DNA of 64,000 nucleotides from a virus (Duplodnaviria; Heunggongvirae; Uroviricota; Caudoviricetes): IMG/VR virus record IMGVR_UViG_2681813455_000010, positions 1,928 to 65,927 of that record; one strand, 5' to 3'. Shown piece by piece: positions 18,516 to 30,000 of this stretch (position 1 is its first letter; each line of letters starts with the position of its first letter). The notes under the pieces were generated by a model. It saw only the letters and a program-made list of their open reading frames with translations, ran no database searches and was not told where the DNA came from. The position numbers and the translations under genes were made by a program.

Positions 18516-20294
18516 ATGGGTTTTTATAATGACGCACTGAGTAAAATATATAGTGAAGATGATGATTTCCTAATTATAGGATTAACAGGGAGGACGGGGT
18601 CAGGCTGTTCAACAGTTTCTAATATACTGTCATCAGAATCAAGTGAGATAAAGCATTCTCTATTTAACGGTGATTACCCTAAGTCGAATGAAGAAAGAAA
18701 AGAGCGGGTTCTATTTAAATATTTTTCCGTGTCATGGGTTCCATTTATAAAAATACAAGCAAGTTCCATACTGACATTGTGTTTATCAAAGGACTTTGAT
18801 GGTAAGCTGAATAAATTTATTCGGGAAGTGACGGAGTTAGGTAATGACCAAAGAATCCTAGAGTCAACAGTTAATGATCTTGAATCTATACTAAAAGAAA
18901 TTAAAGCTAAAGATGAAAGCTCTGATCATGATATAGATGATAAGATAAAATTCATAAATGAATATCTAATAAAAGCGAATACACAAATTAAATCCATATT
19001 TAAGAACAAGGCTGACTATATAAAATTATATCAAGCTATAGGTAATAATTATAGATCTAGTGGGATGTACCATGACAGTTCATTTAGTGATGATTTCCAT
19101 GGCTTTTTTCTTCCTAAAAAAATAAATGATATAATTCAAAGATTAAGAACCTTAGCAAAAGAAAAGAACACAAAAACTGGAGAAAAGAAACCTATTTATA
19201 TAGTTATTGATGCTATAAGAAATCCGTTCGAAGCAACATACTTCCAAGATAGATACTCATCATTTTATTTAATGGCTGTTTCTACAGAAGAGCATTACAG
19301 GCATCAAAGGCTTAGAGAACAAGGTTTAACTGATGCTGAGATAAAAGATATTGATGCAAAAGAATACCGTAAATCATCTTTGGATGAGAAGTCATCATAT
19401 ATATATCAGAATATACAGTCTTGTTTAGAAATATCAGACATCTATGTTGAGAATCCGGAAGAGGAAAATGTTGTTTGTCGGTACTCAGGATTGGCTAATC
19501 AATTAATTAAATTCACTTCATTAATGAAGCGTCCTGGTATAATAACTCCATCAAATGTTGAACGTTGCATGCAGATAGCATATACAGCTAAGTTGAACTC
19601 TGGTTGTATATCCAGGCAGGTAGGCGCTGCAGTATCTGATAGTTCATTTTCAATTAAGTCTATTGGTTGGAATGATGTACCAAGTGGTCAAGTTCCTTGC
19701 TCTTTAAGGGATAGGTTTGATTTGTCTGAGGGGATTGATGATATTGCTTACTCTGAATTCGAAAAGAACGAAAATAGTTTCATTCGAAAAATAGATAGCA
19801 CTAAGATTATTTTTTTAGATGTTAAAAATAAAGGAATGAGAGCTCCATTTTGTTTTAAAACAGAATGGAATAATATCCTTGATGATAAATACAAAGAAGA
19901 TCTACGGGTCGAACATAAGTTAAATGATGATGAGTTTGCTATTATTGACAAAATAAAGTCTAACGCTAATCAAGTTTTTACAAGATCACTTCATGCTGAA
20001 GAGAATGCTTTCTTACAAATATCTAAGTATGGTGGCGTTGGTATACAGAATGGTTTTTTGTTCACAACAGCAAGCCCTTGTGAATTATGTTCTAAAAAAG
20101 CGTATCAATTAGGGATCAAACAAATATATTACATAGATCCATACCCTGGTATAGCAATGAGGAATATTTTAAACGCAGGGAGCAATAAACCATTGCTTAA
20201 GCTTTTCAATGGTGCAATAGGTAAGGCATTCCATAATTTTTACACGCCAAGAATGGCTTATAAAGATGAGCTTTCAGCAAGATCTAGGGGATGA
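18516..20294 (+). CDS. P-loop kinase / cytidine-deaminase fusion protein (AvcD / dCTP-deaminase-like)
   Basis: 592 aa; N-terminal Walker A GLTGRTGSGCST; C-terminal HAEENA and PCELC zinc-dependent deaminase motifs. Confidence 0.7.
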   Translation: MGFYNDALSKIYSEDDDFLIIGLTGRTGSGCSTVSNILSSESSEIKHSLFNGDYPKSNEERKERVLFKYFSVSWVPFIKIQASSILTLCLSKDFDGKLNKFIREVTELGNDQRILESTVNDLESILKEIKAKDESSDHDIDDKIKFINEYLIKANTQIKSIFKNKADYIKLYQAIGNNYRSSGMYHDSSFSDDFHGFFLPKKINDIIQRLRTLAKEKNTKTGEKKPIYIVIDAIRNPFEATYFQDRYSSFYLMAVSTEEHYRHQRLREQGLTDAEIKDIDAKEYRKSSLDEKSSYIYQNIQSCLEISDIYVENPEEENVVCRYSGLANQLIKFTSLMKRPGIITPSNVERCMQIAYTAKLNSGCISRQVGAAVSDSSFSIKSIGWNDVPSGQVPCSLRDRFDLSEGIDDIAYSEFEKNENSFIRKIDSTKIIFLDVKNKGMRAPFCFKTEWNNILDDKYKEDLRVEHKLNDDEFAIIDKIKSNANQVFTRSLHAEENAFLQISKYGGVGIQNGFLFTTASPCELCSKKAYQLGIKQIYYIDPYPGIAMRNILNAGSNKPLLKLFNGAIGKAFHNFYTPRMAYKDELSARSRG

Positions 20295-21095
20295 AAATAT
20301 TGATACAGCTAAAGGCAACGAACCAGAAATGCTCGAGACTATTCTGGCTAAGTCTGCCGGGCGATAAGCACGAGTGCAGATGCTGTTCCAAAAGTCTTCT
20401 ATTCAATAAATTACGAAGTGCTAACTAACTGACCATGTACAATAAGAACAAATCACCTTGAATTGCTCTTGATTGAATGGTGAAGAATTATGAGGGTGAT
20501 AGTCCTTACCACCCTCAATTAAAATTAAAGGTATTTACGTGAGAAATTTTTCTTAACCACACTACTAATAAAACTATTTAGTCCATGCCCATCCTGGGCT
20601 AGCTCTTTCATCTTAGAGACCGTTGAAGCACCCAGTTTTGTAGAATCGTAACGTATTTCCATCCATCTTTAAACTGTACTGTGATAACATCGGGAGTAAT
20701 CTCATAAAACACTATTCCCGAATTACCGCCTTAATTAGCATAAGTTGGCATTTTTTATTCTTATTAAATTATTGCAGCAAGTCGCTGCACTCTAGTCATA
20801 TGACCCCATGCTAAACCTAATTGTTGAGCTAAGTCATAATTTCGATTATTTGATGAACGTAAGTTATTTGACAGGCAGAATTAACCATACACAGTAATAT
20901 CCGTTTCTGGCACATAGCAGTCCTATAGATAGTGGCATACAGTCATAGATGGTCGATGGGAGGAGGTGCAAATTCTCCCATACAAAAAATACGTAAAATC
21001 AATAACAGCTGGAAATTATTTAATAATCAAATTATCGGAAGTTCACCAGCCAGCCGCAGTATTCTGCCACGACAAGTTGCTGCGGCTTTTTATGT

Positions 21096-21383
21096 TTAAC
21101 GGATAAACAGCCAGACCAGCAGACACGCCACCGCCGGCACCGCAAAATCCATCAGACTTGCTACATCCCACGCGCTTGGATCAAAACCGCCCCACCACGG
21201 CATATTCATACGCTTGCCATGCCCGAACATTTCAATCCAGCGATATTCTGCCTGGGTGTGTTCACGCGCAATGAAGAACGTACAACCGGCTATCGCTCCG
21301 TAAGCCCAGTTCCCGGTAAAAAGACCAATCAGTAGCTGCGCAGCCACAGCACAAAGTGCATGAAGTAAGGGGCTTATATCCAT
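21096..21383 (-). CDS. Small hydrophobic membrane protein
   Basis: 95 aa with hydrophobic helices. Confidence 0.4.
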   Translation of the reverse strand: MDISPLLHALCAVAAQLLIGLFTGNWAYGAIAGCTFFIAREHTQAEYRWIEMFGHGKRMNMPWWGGFDPSAWDVASLMDFAVPAVACLLVWLFIR

Positions 21384-21393
21384 TACTCCTCCT

Positions 21394-22098
21394 TTATCCG
21401 ATATCGCTTCGGGAAGTTGATAACAGCTTTAATTCTGACTCAAGTTCATCAACTCTTTCAGTCAGCTTCTGGATATGGTGAATCAGTGGAACAACCAGAC
21501 GTTCGTACATTACACCTTCGGCAACAAGGCCATTGCTGGAAATAGCTTCCGGTGCATCATCTTCGTTAGCTGGTCGCCAGTGTACAAACTGAGGGGCAAT
21601 TTCTCCTACTTCCTCGGCAATCAATCCGTAGAATCCCCAGTCACGCCTATCATTTTCGCATTGCGACCTGTACCACACAGGGCGCATCTTGAAAATGAGA
21701 TCGGCGTGCTCTGAATCTATCGTCTCTACTGAATGTTTATAGCGGATAGACGATGTTGACCGCAGTACAGACGAAATTGCAGGGTCAGGATTAAGATAAA
21801 GGTTTGCCGCCGCAGTTGTCGTGCCCAACCCCCATAAATAAAACGCTTCGCGGCCAGTCAGCGGGTAAAAATCTCCACCATAATTACCGCTTTCGAGAGC
21901 ATTCACTTCCAGTTTGTTTTTCAGCTTATTATCAACTTCAGTTTTTGTGTATCTGGTGCTGATATCCTGCTTTGCACTGGCCATATCAGCCTGAAGCGTT
22001 GATACTTTTCCGTTAATTGAGGAAATATCTTCCTTAGTTTTACTGACATATCCCTTCAGCGTGGTAATGTCTCCCGGAATTACTGTCGATGTAGCCAT
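21394..22098 (-). CDS. Tail-fibre-associated protein with C-terminal intramolecular chaperone-like domain
   Basis: 234 aa; SSIRYKHS...DRRDWGFYGLIAEEV resembles S74-type chaperone domains of tail fibres. Confidence 0.45.
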   Translation of the reverse strand: MATSTVIPGDITTLKGYVSKTKEDISSINGKVSTLQADMASAKQDISTRYTKTEVDNKLKNKLEVNALESGNYGGDFYPLTGREAFYLWGLGTTTAAANLYLNPDPAISSVLRSTSSIRYKHSVETIDSEHADLIFKMRPVWYRSQCENDRRDWGFYGLIAEEVGEIAPQFVHWRPANEDDAPEAISSNGLVAEGVMYERLVVPLIHHIQKLTERVDELESELKLLSTSRSDIG

Positions 22099-22107
22099 TT
22101 TTCTTCC

Positions 22108-22389
22108 TCACATCCAGCCACGAAGTTGATGCTCAACAGCAACCACGTATTCATCGAATATTGACGGTGTTTTCACATCATTAATGATGCGCACGTTTAC
22201 AAAATATCCATCTTCCTTAATACATACCGGTTCGCCATCTTCAGTCAGCTCTCCGGTTTCTTTGTACACGTTACCGATCACGTCAATAAGAATATCATCC
22301 TGCATCGACTCGTCATCATAATAGCCAGTACTCTCCATAAAGGCCGAAAAGTTGGCTCTGTCGGGAAATTTGAGTGTTAAATCTTTCAT
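22108..22389 (-). CDS. Hypothetical protein downstream of stf
   Basis: 93-aa ORF abutting stf. Confidence 0.35.
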   Translation of the reverse strand: MKDLTLKFPDRANFSAFMESTGYYDDESMQDDILIDVIGNVYKETGELTEDGEPVCIKEDGYFVNVRIINDVKTPSIFDEYVVAVEHQLRGWM

Positions 22390-24767
22390 TAGATTGACTC
22401 CCCCACCTGAGCATCAGTCAATGCCTTGTGCCATATTCTGAAATTCCTGACATGACCAAATAAATGACGTAACCCGGCTGTAGTCTGGCCTCCAATACGG
22501 ATAATTGCGGTGTTCTGAATATAGGACCATGTGGTTTTTGTTTCGCTGGATATACGCCCGTTACTTACTGAGCACGTAGACTGATCTGACTTTACACGCA
22601 TCCCCATAACCATTTTTTCAAGCGATGCGTTTTCGTTTACCCGTCTGTTAGCTCCTCCAATATCGCAATAAGGAAATCCGTCGTAATCTGCTGAAGAACC
22701 GAAGCCAAGAATAATAGCCGCTCCGGTTTGATGACCGCCGGTGTCAAAAACACGCGGCGCTGCATTTGGCGTTTTATACCAGTTCTTATGTACCTCACAA
22801 AGAACCGTAAAAGGAAGATTATAAAGATTATTCTTAATGGGAACTGTAACTATATCGCTTGCGCGGGTCGCCGCCGTCGTTCCTGATATAATAAAAGATG
22901 ATACACAAGGCCCATTTTCTACTTGTGGGGTGGCCAGATAAATATAGTCACCAGATACGGTTGCCCCGCCCTGCTTAGGAGAATACTGTATCTGAGAACC
23001 TATTTTTAACTCCCCATCAATTGCCTGAATTGTTGCCTCTGCAAAAATCCATCCGGTAGCTTCGTCCTTTCTGACTCTCGCTGTAATCCTTGAGGCAGCA
23101 CCGCCTGTCATATTAATTTCAAGCGTTTGTGTATCAATATACGCATCACCAAGAAAAGTTGTTGCGCTACCGTCATATTTATCAAACCGGATACGCAACC
23201 TTACCTGCAGTTCTGTTTTAAAACGACATGAGGTTGTCACGTATTTATTATCGCCTGAGACATCAACTGACTTTGTTGCAGCAATTGATGCCATATTAAT
23301 GGCTGAGGTTTGCCCAATCAGAGAATCGTTACAGACGAACTTTCCATAGGTAAAACCAAAACTATCCTTCCCGGTTTCGGGAACATCCATATTTGACGAT
23401 CGCCCCCAACTGGCAGGGTTTTCCGAATTGAGCATGTAGTTTGTTCTTTGCCCCTCAATAAGCAGGCCATCACGTTCAAACCGTGGCTCGTCAATGGCAG
23501 CCTCTGTCAGCACACCAGATTTATTAATATAGGTTGCTTTCGATGCGCGTTTAAACTTTACAACCTTATCGCCAGGCATCGTTATTTCATCATCACCAAT
23601 AACAATCTTTTTATATGACGGCGAAAAGCCCGTAATCATATCCAGTGAATCGTTAAACGGTATCCACACATCGGGAAGCGGCTGCAAAACTTGTTTATAC
23701 GGCTCCGCAGCCTGGCTTGCATACTCTCTGGCTGCGTCTTCACTTGCTTTTGCAGCCGTCTGGCTTGCAGCGGATGCTTTCGCCGAGTTAGCCGCCGCAG
23801 TCTCGCTCGCCTTTGCGTTGGTTTCACTGGTTTTTGCAGCTTTTTGACTGTTGGCTGATGCAGTGGCAGAAGAAGCCGCCGCACTTGCAGAACCAGCTGC
23901 GGCACTCTCGCTTTGGGCCGCTGCATCCTGACTGTTTTTCGCCGCAGTTTCGCTGGCTTTGGCATTCGTTTCGCTGGTCTTCGCTGCCGTCTGGCTGGAC
24001 TTTGCGTTAGTTTCGCTCGTCTTCGCTGCTTTCTGGCTGTTAGCCGCAGCAGTTGCTGATCCAGCTGCTGAAGTCGCAGAACCGGCTGCAGCACTCTCGC
24101 TTTCGGCTGCTGCAGCCTGACTGCTTTTCGCCGCAGTTTCACTGGTTTTGGCATTCGTTTCGCTTGTTTTCGCTGCCGTCTGGCTGGACTTTGCGTTGGT
24201 TTCGCTCGTCTTTGCGGCTGTCTCGCTGTTTTTCGCGTTGGTTTCTGATTTTTTGGCTGCTGTCGCGGAGTTTGCCGATGCAGTCTGTGAGGCCGCTGCT
24301 GCCTGTGCGCTGTTAGCTGCATTCGTTTCTGAGGTTTTCGCCGCGTTCTTCGATGATGCCGCTGCAGTTTCGGATTTCTTTGCCGCCGCTGCGCTCTGAG
24401 AGGCGGCTTCGGCGTTGCGTGCCGCTTCTTCCACCATCTCCTCAAAACGACGCAATGCCTCCGGCATGACATCATCTTCCGTCATGGCACCGAGAAAATC
24501 ATTCAGCGTACCTGGTCTGGAACCTTCATAGACGGTAATGATCCCGGCATGTGAAGGCGGAAAACCTTCAACCAGCAGGGTGACGCTGTACTGGCCATAC
24601 TCAACATCCATGCTGTAACGCCCGGCTTCATCCGGATTTTCAGAGGCCACCGTGTTCACCAGTACCGTGGTGCTGTTACGCTTTGCCTTCAGTTGAATAG
24701 TGCAGTTCTGTATTGGTTTTCCCGCACCATCTTTCAGCACACCAGAAATCTGTACTGCCATACTCAC
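22389..24767 (-). CDS. stf: Side tail fibre protein
   Basis: N-terminus near-identical to lambda Stf; internal Ala/Ser/Thr-rich tandem repeats; divergent C-terminus. Confidence 0.8.
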   Translation of the reverse strand: MSMAVQISGVLKDGAGKPIQNCTIQLKAKRNSTTVLVNTVASENPDEAGRYSMDVEYGQYSVTLLVEGFPPSHAGIITVYEGSRPGTLNDFLGAMTEDDVMPEALRRFEEMVEEAARNAEAASQSAAAAKKSETAAASSKNAAKTSETNAANSAQAAAASQTASANSATAAKKSETNAKNSETAAKTSETNAKSSQTAAKTSETNAKTSETAAKSSQAAAAESESAAAGSATSAAGSATAAANSQKAAKTSETNAKSSQTAAKTSETNAKASETAAKNSQDAAAQSESAAAGSASAAASSATASANSQKAAKTSETNAKASETAAANSAKASAASQTAAKASEDAAREYASQAAEPYKQVLQPLPDVWIPFNDSLDMITGFSPSYKKIVIGDDEITMPGDKVVKFKRASKATYINKSGVLTEAAIDEPRFERDGLLIEGQRTNYMLNSENPASWGRSSNMDVPETGKDSFGFTYGKFVCNDSLIGQTSAINMASIAATKSVDVSGDNKYVTTSCRFKTELQVRLRIRFDKYDGSATTFLGDAYIDTQTLEINMTGGAASRITARVRKDEATGWIFAEATIQAIDGELKIGSQIQYSPKQGGATVSGDYIYLATPQVENGPCVSSFIISGTTAATRASDIVTVPIKNNLYNLPFTVLCEVHKNWYKTPNAAPRVFDTGGHQTGAAIILGFGSSADYDGFPYCDIGGANRRVNENASLEKMVMGMRVKSDQSTCSVSNGRISSETKTTWSYIQNTAIIRIGGQTTAGLRHLFGHVRNFRIWHKALTDAQVGESI

Positions 24768-24821
24768 TCCACAAATAAAAAAGGCGCCATTTCTGGCGCC
24801 CGTATTGGGGTTATAAATATT

Positions 24822-27800
24822 TCAACGGATACTGATACCGGAAGCAGCTTTTTTGGTCACAATCACCGTACAGTCTGTGATGTTACCTGCGCCCTGATTG
24901 CCTTTCTGGAAAATCTTAAACTCCAGAGTGACGCTACCACCACCACTCGGCATATCAATAACCGCACTGTAACTACCGGGAATGGCTCCTTTAGTTTCTC
25001 TGGATGCGATTAATACGCCGTTTTTGCGAACTTCAAAACCATAACCCGTGTATTTCGTACCTCCCGGGTTATTACCGCTCCCCGGATCGTCATACGCCAT
25101 ACCGTTAAAAATAATGGGTGGAATAATAATCTGGCGGTCAAAGTTATGATCATCGTAAATGGTGACTGTAACCGTCCCGCCTGGTGTTTCCGTATCGCCC
25201 CACGAGCCAGTTTTTTTCGGGAATGGCTTAGATACAGCTTTAACGAAGTCACCTTTGACCTGAGTAGCCTCGAGCATTCCCTTAATCGTACAGTTCTCAT
25301 TTATCGTGACGTTGTTGAGCGTCCCGGAGTTCGCATTCACGTTACCGCTGATATCGGCATTTTTCGCCGTCAACCGCCCGTCCGGTGTCAGGGAAAATAC
25401 CGGCGGATTGCCGCCGCTGGTAATGGTGGGAGCCGTCAGATACTTCAGGAACACTTCGTTCATGAATATCTGGTTGCCCTGCGCCACAAACATCGGAGTT
25501 TCATTCCCGTTTGCCGGGTCAATAAACGCGATACGGTTAGCGGCAACCAGGAACTGGCTCAGTTTACCTTCCTCCGTATCCTCCATGCTGAGGCCAATCC
25601 CCGCGACATAATGCCTGCCGTCTTCGGTCTGCTCAATTTTGACGCCCCACATGGCATTCCATTTATCGTTGGCGTCTTTCCACTCTTTCGAAAACTCCTC
25701 CAGTTTGCTGGCGTTATCCTCCGTCAGCTCGACTTTTTCCAGCAGCTCCTTGCCGAGATGGGATTCGGTTATCTGGCCTTTGAAAAAATCCAGGTAACCT
25801 TCCGCATCATCGCTCGCCCGACCGACAGCCTCCACAAATGCCGATTTGCCAACGGTGTTCACACTGCGGATATAAAAATAATAATCATGGCCCGGTTTGA
25901 TATTGATACTGGCGGCTATCCAGTACAGCGCCGTGCCAAGATAGCGGGCTGTGGTTTCAACCTGCCTGATATCCGCTATCCGCTTTTCCGAGAACCAGAA
26001 CTCAAACTGTACCGTCGGATCATAAACCGCAAGATGCGGCGTGGCGGTTATCTGAAAATAGCCCGGCGTCAGCTCAATCCGCGACGGTGCTGCCGGTGCG
26101 GCAATCCGGAACGATACCGATGCCGGATCGCCCTGCTGTCCCCACGCATTTACCGCCCGGACTGTCAGCCTGTAATTTCCCAGCGCCAGTTGCGTGAAGC
26201 GGTATGTGGTTTCCGTCGTCCTGGCCGTGCTTACCAGCCGCTCACTGCCATCGTCCGCTGCCACGGTCAGGCGAAGCAGGAATCTCACGCCCTTCACCAC
26301 CTTCGGCGTGTCCCAGCGCGCCAGCACCTGATATTCCCCACTGTCTGCGGTGACTTCTGCGGTCAGGTGCTGCACCGCTGGCGGCGTGACACCATTCACC
26401 GTGCCGCTCCGGTCGCCGTCAAAGTGCGCCCCGTTATCCACGATGGCCTCTTTTTCCGGCACATGCTGCACGGCAGTGATGGCATACGTGCCGTCGTCGT
26501 TCTCACGGATACTCACACAGCGGAACAGGCGCTGGCGCAGCGTCGGCAGCTTCAGCCCCCACACGCTGTATTCAGCAACGCCGTCAGGAACACGGCTCAC
26601 TTTCACCTTCACGCCGTCGGTGACGGACTGGACCTCCACACTGACCGGATTACCCTCACCGTCAACCAGGCTTATCAGCGTGGTGCCGGAGGATGGCAGC
26701 GTGATTTCACGGTCGAGCGTCAGCGTCCGGGTCTGGCTGTTCACCGCCAGTACGCGACCACCGATGCTGATCCCCGCATAGTCATCATCGCAGATTTCAA
26801 TGACATCGCCCGGTACATGGCGAAGCCCTTCTGCGCCCACGCTGAAGTCCACGGTCTGCGTTTCCAGCAGTTCCGTTTTAATCAGCCACAGCCCGGCGCG
26901 GTGCGCCTGCCCCCGGCTGGTACAGCCAAAGGCATCCATCTTCGTGACGTTACGACCGTAACGGAGAATGGCCTGCGTATCCTCCACAAGCTCTGTTGCC
27001 GTCTCCCAGCCGTTATCCGGGTCAATCCAGTTCACCTCAACGGCATTATGGCGGTCTTTCAGGGCGCTGAAGCTGTAGCGGAACGGCGCGCCATCATCCG
27101 GCATCACCACATTACTGCGGTTATAGGTCCACACCTTATCCGACGGTCGGTCCTGCACGAACGTCAGCATCTGCCCGTTCCATACCGGCATACAGCGCAT
27201 CGCCGAGCAGAAATCGCTGAGAACATCCCACGCCTTACGCTGCGTGGTCAGGTAAGCGTTACAGGTGATGCGCGGCTCCGTGCCACCAAAGCCATCCGGC
27301 ACCGACTGGTCGCAATTCTGGCCGATGACATACAGCGCCCATTTGTCCACATCCGCCGCACCGAGACGCTTCCCCATGCCGTAGCGCGGATGGGTCAGCA
27401 TATCCCACAGACACCAGGCCATGTTGTTGCTGTATGCCGGTTTAAACGTCCCGTCCCAGATACCGCTGTATTGCCGCGTCTGCGGGTTATAGTTCGACGG
27501 CACCTGCAGAATGCGCCCGCGAAGATGATAATTACGGCTCACCTGCTGGCTGCCGAACTGCTCCGAATCCACCTGCACGCCGACCAGTGCCGTGTTCGGG
27601 TAGCACTGTTTCACATCGATGATTTCGGTGTATGACGACCAGAGCGTTTTGTTCTGCAGCTGGTCTGTGGTGCTGTCCGGCGTCATCCTGCGCATCCGGA
27701 TATTAAACGGGCGCGGCGGCAGGTTATCCACCACCACCGAGGCCAGATACTGTGAAGTGGTTTTGCCCTTAATGGTGATGTCTTTTTCCGTCACCCAGCC

Positions 27801-28235
27801 ACCGTTACGTTGTATCTGAACCAGCAGGCGGACTTCCGACGGATTCCGGTCACCCTTTGAGGTGGTTTCCACCAGTGCCTGCACACCAAAGGTAAAGCGC
27901 AGACGGTCGATGTTTGCAGACGTGATGGTGCGGGTTATCGGCGTGTCGTATTTCACTTCCGTACCCAGCACCGTCTCGGAGCCGGAGGATTCAAAACCCT
28001 CCGGCGGTGTCTGCTCCTGCTCACCTGCCCGGAACACCACCGTGACACCGGCGATGTTGGTATTCCCTTCGCTATCCAGCACCGGCGTACTGTTCAGCAG
28101 CACGCTTTTTAATCCATCCACCGGACCTTCAATCGGCCCTTCGCTGATGGCATCGATCACACTCAGCAGCTGCGTGGACTTCAGGTTGTCCTTCGCTTCG
28201 CGCGGGGTATGCCCCTTACTGCTTCCTTTACCCAT
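24822..28235 (-). CDS. J: Host specificity / central tail fibre protein J
   Basis: 1137 aa, co-linear with lambda J. Confidence 0.9.
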   Translation of the reverse strand: MGKGSSKGHTPREAKDNLKSTQLLSVIDAISEGPIEGPVDGLKSVLLNSTPVLDSEGNTNIAGVTVVFRAGEQEQTPPEGFESSGSETVLGTEVKYDTPITRTITSANIDRLRFTFGVQALVETTSKGDRNPSEVRLLVQIQRNGGWVTEKDITIKGKTTSQYLASVVVDNLPPRPFNIRMRRMTPDSTTDQLQNKTLWSSYTEIIDVKQCYPNTALVGVQVDSEQFGSQQVSRNYHLRGRILQVPSNYNPQTRQYSGIWDGTFKPAYSNNMAWCLWDMLTHPRYGMGKRLGAADVDKWALYVIGQNCDQSVPDGFGGTEPRITCNAYLTTQRKAWDVLSDFCSAMRCMPVWNGQMLTFVQDRPSDKVWTYNRSNVVMPDDGAPFRYSFSALKDRHNAVEVNWIDPDNGWETATELVEDTQAILRYGRNVTKMDAFGCTSRGQAHRAGLWLIKTELLETQTVDFSVGAEGLRHVPGDVIEICDDDYAGISIGGRVLAVNSQTRTLTLDREITLPSSGTTLISLVDGEGNPVSVEVQSVTDGVKVKVSRVPDGVAEYSVWGLKLPTLRQRLFRCVSIRENDDGTYAITAVQHVPEKEAIVDNGAHFDGDRSGTVNGVTPPAVQHLTAEVTADSGEYQVLARWDTPKVVKGVRFLLRLTVAADDGSERLVSTARTTETTYRFTQLALGNYRLTVRAVNAWGQQGDPASVSFRIAAPAAPSRIELTPGYFQITATPHLAVYDPTVQFEFWFSEKRIADIRQVETTARYLGTALYWIAASINIKPGHDYYFYIRSVNTVGKSAFVEAVGRASDDAEGYLDFFKGQITESHLGKELLEKVELTEDNASKLEEFSKEWKDANDKWNAMWGVKIEQTEDGRHYVAGIGLSMEDTEEGKLSQFLVAANRIAFIDPANGNETPMFVAQGNQIFMNEVFLKYLTAPTITSGGNPPVFSLTPDGRLTAKNADISGNVNANSGTLNNVTINENCTIKGMLEATQVKGDFVKAVSKPFPKKTGSWGDTETPGGTVTVTIYDDHNFDRQIIIPPIIFNGMAYDDPGSGNNPGGTKYTGYGFEVRKNGVLIASRETKGAIPGSYSAVIDMPSGGGSVTLEFKIFQKGNQGAGNITDCTVIVTKKAASGISIR

Positions 28236-28301
28236 TCCTCACACTCCATAAACAACAAAGCCGCCCAAAAGGCGGCTCATGAGTTACGGCAGGATTAACT
28301 A

Positions 28302-28640
28302 TTATTTACATGCATTAACACTATCAGCAAAAATTTTTGGCGTTAATGCTGGTACACGTTCATAAAGAGTAAAACTACTGCCATTTCCTGCTTTTTTGAT
28401 ATCAAGCACAACATCATATCCCCCCATAGCCTGTGGAACTAAAAGGCTTACCCCATTCTCAATAGGAAGGGATGTTATAGGTGTTCCATTACCAGCCCAT
28501 TGTCTGGATATGCAGCCTGACAATTCATCAATATTTTTTAATGAATTACCTTCCATTACAGGTTTTCCGGATTTTACGTAATCCAAAGATTTACATCCTG
28601 TTAAGGCAATAATCGTGCAGAATAAAATCGTTTTGTTCAT
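28302..28640 (-). CDS. Lipoprotein moron between tail genes I and J
   Basis: ORF 28302..28652; likely start MNKTILFCTIIALTGC (signal peptide plus lipobox Cys); AT-rich; followed by hairpin. Confidence 0.55.
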   Translation of the reverse strand: MNKTILFCTIIALTGCKSLDYVKSGKPVMEGNSLKNIDELSGCISRQWAGNGTPITSLPIENGVSLLVPQAMGGYDVVLDIKKAGNGSSFTLYERVPALTPKIFADSVNACK

Positions 28641-28712
28641 ATAGCTAACCAATAGAATAATTATCAGTGTTCGATATAAATATTAAATCAGTTAGAACAT
28701 GAGTAAATAATA

Positions 28713-29354
28713 TTACCGCCCAATTACCACAACCTGACCACCATCCCCTTCATCTGCCGTGCTGATCTCCTGAGAAACCACGCGTGACCCCACGCGCATT
28801 TCACCGTACAGAACAGGCAGAACATTGCCCTGGGCAACCATGTTATCCAGTGAGGAGAAATAGGTGTTCTGTTTGCCGTTATCCGTTGTCTGTGTACGGG
28901 GTGTTTTGGGTTTAGGAGCCAGCATCTGTGCAACACCACCAAGCGTCATCGCTGCCCCCATAGAAAAGAGGATGTCACTGAAAGCGATACTGATTCCCGG
29001 CATCCAGATTGCCGTTGCAATCAGCGCCGCACCCAGCACCGCCTGAAATACACCACCACTTTTAGCACCCGCCAGACGCGGTACGATGTGGATCACGGCA
29101 CCATTTGCCAACGGCTCATTAAGACGGACTGATAATTCCGTTTCACCTGCATCACGCCCGGCAATGCGCACCTGATACCAGCCCTCATTCAGTTTCTGAC
29201 GAAATGCGGGGATCTGCGTGGCCAGCGCCCGGATGGCTTCGGCACCCGTTTTCACACGAAGGTCGATGCGGCGGCCAAATCGTTGCAAATCCCCGTAAAG
29301 GCAGATGCGTGCCATGCCCGGTGACGCCAGAGGGAGTGTGTGCGTCGCTGCCAT
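28713..29354 (-). CDS. I: Tail assembly protein I
   Basis: 213 aa, lambda I-like. Confidence 0.85.
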   Translation of the reverse strand: MAATHTLPLASPGMARICLYGDLQRFGRRIDLRVKTGAEAIRALATQIPAFRQKLNEGWYQVRIAGRDAGETELSVRLNEPLANGAVIHIVPRLAGAKSGGVFQAVLGAALIATAIWMPGISIAFSDILFSMGAAMTLGGVAQMLAPKPKTPRTQTTDNGKQNTYFSSLDNMVAQGNVLPVLYGEMRVGSRVVSQEISTADEGDGGQVVVIGR

Positions 29355-29995
29355 TTGTCGGTATACCTCTCTCGTTTGCTCAGTTGTTCAGGAATATGGT
29401 GCAGCAGCTCACTGTCGCCACAGTAAATGGCGGCATGATTCGGCACCGATGAACCAAAACAGCACAGCAGCACATCGCCCGGCTGTGCCGCTGACAACGG
29501 CACCTGATACAGCCCCGTCGCCTCCAGATTATCCAGATAGAGATTCTGGCCGTTACGCCACCAGTCATCCTCACGATGAAAGTCCGGCATCTCAATCCCC
29601 GCCAGATGATAAGCATCCCGGAACAGGGTGTAACAGTCCGTCACACCGTGCTCAAAGCGCCGCCCGGTAAGATGCGGCACACAGCGGAACTTATGAATCG
29701 TCCCCCGGCAGACCAGCCACCACGGCAAATCACTCTGCACCTGCAGCCGCCGGTCGGCCTCACTCAGCCAGGGCAGACCACCGGGGTGGCTGTGGACCAG
29801 CGCCACAATCTCACCCTGCATTTCTGCCTGCAGCCAGTCTTCCGGAGACATCCGGAAATACTCCTCCGACTCACCGGAGATATTCACGCAGGGAAAATAT
29901 CTTTCCCCCTCCGGCGTTCTCACCACGAAGCCGCACGACTCCGCTGGCGCACATCGTCGGGCGTGCGCCAGAATCGCTGATTCTGTCTCTGTCAT
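29252..29995 (-). CDS. K: Tail assembly protein K
   Basis: Lambda K-like sequence. Confidence 0.85.
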   Translation of the reverse strand: MTETESAILAHARRCAPAESCGFVVRTPEGERYFPCVNISGESEEYFRMSPEDWLQAEMQGEIVALVHSHPGGLPWLSEADRRLQVQSDLPWWLVCRGTIHKFRCVPHLTGRRFEHGVTDCYTLFRDAYHLAGIEMPDFHREDDWWRNGQNLYLDNLEATGLYQVPLSAAQPGDVLLCCFGSSVPNHAAIYCGDSELLHHIPEQLSKRERYTDKWQRRTHSLWRHRAWHASAFTGICNDLAAASTFV

Positions 29996-30000
29996 GGGAT

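Noticed and set aside
20295-21095. Possible additional cargo gene downstream of the deaminase
   Set aside because: No ORF of at least 60 aa with a plausible start; only short hairpins such as the 7-bp stem at ~20488-20514; likely decayed intergenic DNA.
23636-24475. 279-aa Arg-rich ORF overlapping stf
   Set aside because: Alternative frame through the stf tandem repeats; its low-complexity Arg/Gln/Pro composition is a direct by-product of the repeat DNA.
25146-27635. 829-aa ORF on the plus strand
   Set aside because: Lies antisense within the J gene, whose minus-strand product is co-linear with lambda J; long antisense frames are common in GC-rich genes, and it has no RBS or recognisable domains.
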